Origin: Flavobacteriales bacterium
GTDB lineage: Bacteria > Bacteroidota > Bacteroidia > Palsa-965
Length of the DNA: 64,000 nt
Reading direction: 5' to 3'
Assembly (NCBI GenBank): GCA_040377305.1
Contig: JBEIPA010000020.1
Coordinates: 34,326-98,325, forward strand
The notes under the pieces were generated by a model that saw only the letters and a program-made list of their open reading frames with translations, did not search any database and was not told where the DNA came from. Both the position numbers and the translations under genes were made by a program. Each line of letters opens with the position of its first letter. Position 1 is the stretch's first letter. Positions 59,201 to 64,000 of this stretch are shown here, piece by piece.

Positions 59201-59228
59201 AACCGCCCCCTACACCGACAAAGGACTG

Positions 59229-61271
59229 ATGAAGAAGATCCTCAGCTTTTTTGCACTTGCGTGCCTGTTCATGATTGCGGGAGCGTTCGTTCTGAAGAAA
59301 AACGGACCCAAGCAAAAAATCACACAAGGCGATGCGTTTTTCGCAACCGACGATTTCGGAGCGGCACTTCCGCTCTACCTCGAAGCCTATCAAATGGATC
59401 CTTCGAATGCAAATACGGCATTCAAGATCGGGGTATGTTATTTAAACATGTCCGGCAAGAAAGCATCGGCGTATTCCTATCTCGTTGCTGCTTCCCGAAA
59501 TATTTCGGAGAACTATAAAATAACAAGTGCTAAGGAAAAGCATGCACCTGTCGACACCTGGTATTATCTCGGTCAATCGCAGCATCTGAGAAACAATTTC
59601 GATTCGGCCATCATCTGTTTCAACAACTACACAAACTACATTGATACAGCCGATCAGAAAATGCTTTCCGACATCAACCTTCGCAAGGTGTGGTGTGAGA
59701 ACGGAAAGAAACTGGTGATGAACCCGGTTGCAATCACGGTAGAAAATCTTGGTGAGAACATTAACTCGGAGTATCCGGAATACTCTCCGGTAATATCTGC
59801 CGATCAGCGCATGATCATTTACACCACCCGTCGTCCAAGCAACGTAGGTGGGAAAATCGACACACGAGACAATTTGTACTTCGAAGACATTTACTACTCG
59901 GTGATGAATGATTCCGGCGTATGGTCGAAAGCAGTTCCGCTCGGACAAAACATCAATACCCCAGGTCACGAAGCAACAATTGGTATCAGCGCCGATGGTC
60001 AACAGCTTTTGATTTACAAAGACGATCAGGGCGATGGCAATATTTACCTCAGCTATCAGCAAGGTGATTCGTGGGGAAATCCGACGAAGCTTACCGACAA
60101 TGTGAATTCGAAAGGATGGGAACCGTCAGCTACGATTACACCAGATGGAAACACACTTTACTTTAGCAGCAATCGCGAAGGCGGACTGGGCGGAACAGAT
60201 ATTTACCGAAGTGTTCGTCTCCCCAATGGTGAATGGTCAAAGCCTCAAAATCTCGGTGCGCCAATCAACACAAAGTATGACGAAGATGCGCCATCCATTC
60301 TTGCTGATGGTTTGACATTGTATTACGCATCGAACGGAGAAATGTCAATGGGCGGATTCGACATTCTTAGCACTACAAAGAATGATGAAGGAGTTTGGAG
60401 TGCGCCGACCAACATTGGGTATCCGGTGAACACCAGTGATGACGATATTTTCTTCGCGCCAACGCCCGACAACACACACGCGTACTATTCCTCCGCAAGC
60501 AGTTCAAATGGCTTAGGTGAGAAGGATATTTGCCTCCTTACCTTCCCGGGTAAAGAAGAAAATCCTTTGACCGTTTTGACCGGAGTAATCACAAGTATTT
60601 TTGGCGGAGTTCCTCCGGGTACCGTGATAACAGTTACCGATGTTCAGACAGGCGAACTCATGGGAACATATCAGCCCAACAGCGCAACGGGAAAATATGT
60701 GATCATTCTTCCTCCTGGACGCAACTACAGCATCTCGTACGAAGCAACCGACTTCCTGTATCAATCAGACAACGTGAACATTGCAGATACTGCTGCTTAT
60801 CAGGTTATCAATCGTCCGGTAGAACTCGCGCCACTTTCTGTCGGACAGAAAATTACTGTTCGCAATATCTTCTTCGCTTCTGGTAAATCTGAATTGCAAC
60901 CGGAATCGAAAGCAGAATTGGATAAACTTGTTTCACTGATGAACAGCTTTCCAAAGCTCATTCTTGAAATCGCCGGACATACGGATGCTGCGGGCGGTGA
61001 AGAAATGAACCAAAAGCTTTCTGAGAAGCGGGCAATTGCTGTTGCTGATTATCTGATCGCTCAAGGAATCGATAAGTCACGGCTTCGTACGAAAGGAATG
61101 GGAGAAACTTCTCCGATTGCTCAGAACTACAATAAAGACGGAAGTGCAAATCGCGCAGGAATGTCAATGAACCGACGTTTTGAATTTACCGTGCTATCGA
61201 TTGATGGCGAGGTGAAGGATGTAGTTGAGCCGATCAAGGTACCGGAGAACCTGCAACACCAGAATAAGTAA
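59229..61271 (+). CDS. TPR + PD40 + OmpA-like (PorE-type) protein
   Basis: TPR N-terminus, INS..EY.P PD40 repeats, GHTD, LSEKRA, NRR. Confidence 0.9.
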   Translation: MKKILSFFALACLFMIAGAFVLKKNGPKQKITQGDAFFATDDFGAALPLYLEAYQMDPSNANTAFKIGVCYLNMSGKKASAYSYLVAASRNISENYKITSAKEKHAPVDTWYYLGQSQHLRNNFDSAIICFNNYTNYIDTADQKMLSDINLRKVWCENGKKLVMNPVAITVENLGENINSEYPEYSPVISADQRMIIYTTRRPSNVGGKIDTRDNLYFEDIYYSVMNDSGVWSKAVPLGQNINTPGHEATIGISADGQQLLIYKDDQGDGNIYLSYQQGDSWGNPTKLTDNVNSKGWEPSATITPDGNTLYFSSNREGGLGGTDIYRSVRLPNGEWSKPQNLGAPINTKYDEDAPSILADGLTLYYASNGEMSMGGFDILSTTKNDEGVWSAPTNIGYPVNTSDDDIFFAPTPDNTHAYYSSASSSNGLGEKDICLLTFPGKEENPLTVLTGVITSIFGGVPPGTVITVTDVQTGELMGTYQPNSATGKYVIILPPGRNYSISYEATDFLYQSDNVNIADTAAYQVINRPVELAPLSVGQKITVRNIFFASGKSELQPESKAELDKLVSLMNSFPKLILEIAGHTDAAGGEEMNQKLSEKRAIAVADYLIAQGIDKSRLRTKGMGETSPIAQNYNKDGSANRAGMSMNRRFEFTVLSIDGEVKDVVEPIKVPENLQHQNK

Positions 61272-61383
61272 TAAGGATTGAAGTTATTAATTAGGCAAGT
61301 CAAATTGAATTTCACTGGCCTACTTCTTTACTTGCCTACTTAAGTACTTTGTGGTAACTTTCCTAATGGTTCAACGCCCTCCT

Positions 61384-63561
61384 ATGAACTACAAAGGAAA
61401 ATTCAGCATTCTCTTGCTGGCAATCATGCTGGCTGTTCCATTATTGGTTCGTGCGAAGTCAACACAAAGTTCTGCCGATAAGAAAAAGCTGAAGCAGGCC
61501 GAAATCCTTTTCACCTACGCCGACTTCGAAAGCGCTCTTCCTATTTATCTCGAGGTGCTTCGTAATTCTCCGGACAACTGGCTGATCAATTACCGCATCG
61601 GAGTTTGTTATTACTACTCCACTACTGCCCGCCCAAGAAGCGTGACTTACCTCGACAAAGCGATCAGTAATTCAAAGCTGGATACAGTTCCAGATTTACT
61701 TTACCATACTGGACTTGCTCACTTGTGTGTCAACGAGTTTGACGTTGCAGAAAAGTACTTCCTCGCATTTAAAAAGAAAGCTGGTCCGAAGTACAAAGAT
61801 CCTTTGCTCGATCAACTCATTCGTGGTTGTGCATCGGGTCGCGAGCTGTGGAAGTCTCAAGGTAAAATGCGCATTACTAATCTGGGTGCAAATGTAAATT
61901 CAGACTATCCGGATTATGCACCGGTCATCATTTATGGCAGCGACATATTACTCTTCACATCCAAACGCCCGGGCAATACGGGTCGTGAGAAAGATGACGA
62001 AGGATTTTACTACGAAGACATTTACCAGGCCAAAGGTGAAAGCTGGAATCGTTGGAAAGAACCTGCACGTTATGATACATCTAACGTGAAACGTCGCGGA
62101 ATCTTTTCTCTCCTCTTCAATAAGGCGGAAGTAGTTTCTGAAATCAATACAGAAGATCACGATGGTTCCATTACGCTTTCACCCGATTCCACTGATCTAT
62201 ATATTTTCCGTTACGGAGATATCATGAAAGCTTCGTGGGATGGAAAACGCTGGCATCGCCCGAACAGAATCGGAGAGGAAATAGATGCCCGTGCAAGTCA
62301 TGAGCCTTCTATCTTTTTAAGTCGCGATGGTCAATCCATGTTTTTTGTGAGCGATCGTAAAAAAGGTGTTGGTCAGAAAGACATCTGGATCTGCGAGAAA
62401 GAAGGCAACAACTGGGGCGCACCGAAGAATCTTGGAATGGAAGTGAATTCTCCTTTCAATGAAGATTCTCCTTTCCTTTCTCCGGATGGTAAAACGTTGT
62501 ACTTCTCTTCAGAAGGTCACAACAGCATGGGAGGCTACGATGTTTTCAAGTGCACGAAGCAGGAAAACGGACGTTGGTCGTCGCCTGAAAATCTTGGAGC
62601 ACCAATCAACAATGGTGGCGATGACATTTTCTACACACCGCTGGAGAATGGCTCGGGCGCATACTACTCCAGCTTAAATCGTGATGGCGAAGGAGATCTG
62701 GATTTGTATTTCATTCAGTACTTCCCTCCTGTTACACCAATGGCGAAACTTCTGGTAAATGGAAAAGGTCTAGGGCCACAGGATAAAATGAATGTGCGCA
62801 TTTCCTCCCCGGATGGTAAAGAATTGCGATCGTTCAGCATGTCCTCGTCAGACAGCGTCATGTATGAATACGAACCTGGTTCAACGGTCAACTTCGAAGT
62901 TTCCGCTCCATGTTTCACCACGGTAAACATGACGGTAAACTACCCGAATGAAACACGTGATGAATTCGTTCTGCAGCAAATGAATGTATCCTGTTCGCCT
63001 GCTACTGCAAATGTTACGCTGAACAATTACAGCTTCGCTATTGACAATGCGGTGAACTCAGGCACAGTGAGCGATCCGTTTACAGAACTGCCTGCAATCC
63101 GGAACAACTATCTCGACAGTCTCTCAGATGTAAATGAACTCCGTATCGCTTATGGAACCAATGCGACACAGGGATCATCGATGTCAATCGGTAACAATGA
63201 CCAGATGGTGAGTGTGGGTGACCAATTCGGTGATATTTTGTTCGGCTTTGACAGCTATGAGCTTAGTCCTTCAGCGAAAATCGAAACCGGATTTGTAGTC
63301 TCGTGGATGAAAAACAATCCGGATACGAAGATTGAAATCATTGGTCATGCCGATGAGAAAGGAACCTCGCTCTACAACCAACTACTCTCGGAAAAGCGAG
63401 CAAATGCAGTCAAACAAATTCTGGTCAGTTCCGGTATTCATCCAAGCCGTATTGTAACGATCGGAAAAGGCGAAAATGAGCCTATTTTGACCGATCCGAA
63501 GGATAACTTGTTGGATCCGGGCAGTATTAATCGTCGCGTGTCCATTCGGGTGGCTGAATAA
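61384..63561 (+). CDS. TPR + PD40 + OmpA-like (PorE-type) protein
   Basis: Same architecture; GHAD, LSEKRA, NRRV. Confidence 0.9.
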   Translation: MNYKGKFSILLLAIMLAVPLLVRAKSTQSSADKKKLKQAEILFTYADFESALPIYLEVLRNSPDNWLINYRIGVCYYYSTTARPRSVTYLDKAISNSKLDTVPDLLYHTGLAHLCVNEFDVAEKYFLAFKKKAGPKYKDPLLDQLIRGCASGRELWKSQGKMRITNLGANVNSDYPDYAPVIIYGSDILLFTSKRPGNTGREKDDEGFYYEDIYQAKGESWNRWKEPARYDTSNVKRRGIFSLLFNKAEVVSEINTEDHDGSITLSPDSTDLYIFRYGDIMKASWDGKRWHRPNRIGEEIDARASHEPSIFLSRDGQSMFFVSDRKKGVGQKDIWICEKEGNNWGAPKNLGMEVNSPFNEDSPFLSPDGKTLYFSSEGHNSMGGYDVFKCTKQENGRWSSPENLGAPINNGGDDIFYTPLENGSGAYYSSLNRDGEGDLDLYFIQYFPPVTPMAKLLVNGKGLGPQDKMNVRISSPDGKELRSFSMSSSDSVMYEYEPGSTVNFEVSAPCFTTVNMTVNYPNETRDEFVLQQMNVSCSPATANVTLNNYSFAIDNAVNSGTVSDPFTELPAIRNNYLDSLSDVNELRIAYGTNATQGSSMSIGNNDQMVSVGDQFGDILFGFDSYELSPSAKIETGFVVSWMKNNPDTKIEIIGHADEKGTSLYNQLLSEKRANAVKQILVSSGIHPSRIVTIGKGENEPILTDPKDNLLDPGSINRRVSIRVAE

Positions 63562-63675
63562 ACGCCATACTGTTGGTAATTCTCAGGTTTTTAGTTAAAA
63601 ATCGCGGTGAAAGCCGTAATTTTGCCGCTTAACCCATTTGGCTCCTGGCGCCAGATACCAAGTTGTGAAGTGAAT

Positions 63676-64000
63676 ATGTCGCGTTACTGGTTTTCTATAA
63701 TTGTTCTCGCCCTGTTTTTAAGCACCGACTGTGTTGCGCAAGAACCTACGCCCGGAGATTATAACAACAATTTCGTTGAAGGCAACAAGCTGATTGAAGA
63801 AGGTAACTGGCCTATGGCCCTTGTCTATTTCAAGGAAGCTTATAAAACAGATTCATCCGTTGCGAACATCAATTTCAAAGTTGGACAGAGTCTTCTCAAT
63901 TCGGCTTCTCACAAGAAAGAATCACTCAAGTATTTGCGTCGTGCTGCCAAAAACGTAACACGCAATTACGACCCTTATGCATTCCAGGAAAAAAAACTCC
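63676..64000 (+). CDS. third TPR-starting paralog, truncated by the window end
   Basis: MSRYWFSIIVLALF...EAYKTDSSVANINFKVG parallels EAYQMDPSNANTAFKIG of 59229. Confidence 0.75.
   Translation, partial: MSRYWFSIIVLALFLSTDCVAQEPTPGDYNNNFVEGNKLIEEGNWPMALVYFKEAYKTDSSVANINFKVGQSLLNSASHKKESLKYLRRAAKNVTRNYDPYAFQEKKL

Overview
A 64-kb chromosomal segment from a Bacteroidota bacterium. The assignment is inferred from T9SS C-terminal domains, TAnnTTTG promoters, BtuB/BtuG, PorE-like proteins and the mutL-rhomboid-rhomboid-EEP cluster. It carries mostly core and envelope genes (lpxB, surE, smpB, pcm, ilvE, bshA, mutL, 2-oxoacid dehydrogenase E2, a GH3/serine-hydrolase fusion), two tRNA-Leu genes, RNase P RNA and a cobalamin riboswitch. 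No prophage, CRISPR array or integrase was seen. The most striking signal is intergenic. Many gene junctions hold a palindromic element: REP/REPIN-like inverted pairs around a central hairpin, or inverted 7-8-mer tracts. Three small cassettes sit between diverged direct repeats: a lone HUH/Y1 TnpA between two composite four-REP arrays, a sterol-desaturase-family gene, and a RelE-type toxin-antitoxin pair that duplicated and replaced the 3' end of its host gene. Other leads are a structured RNA candidate behind tRNA-Leu(CAG), probable leaderless mRNAs, a DnaA-box-like cluster, an unannotated 40-aa CxC lipoprotein, three divergent secreted paralogs, and membrane proteins with prion-like tails. 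All calls come from reading the sequence by eye; no searches or folding programs were run.
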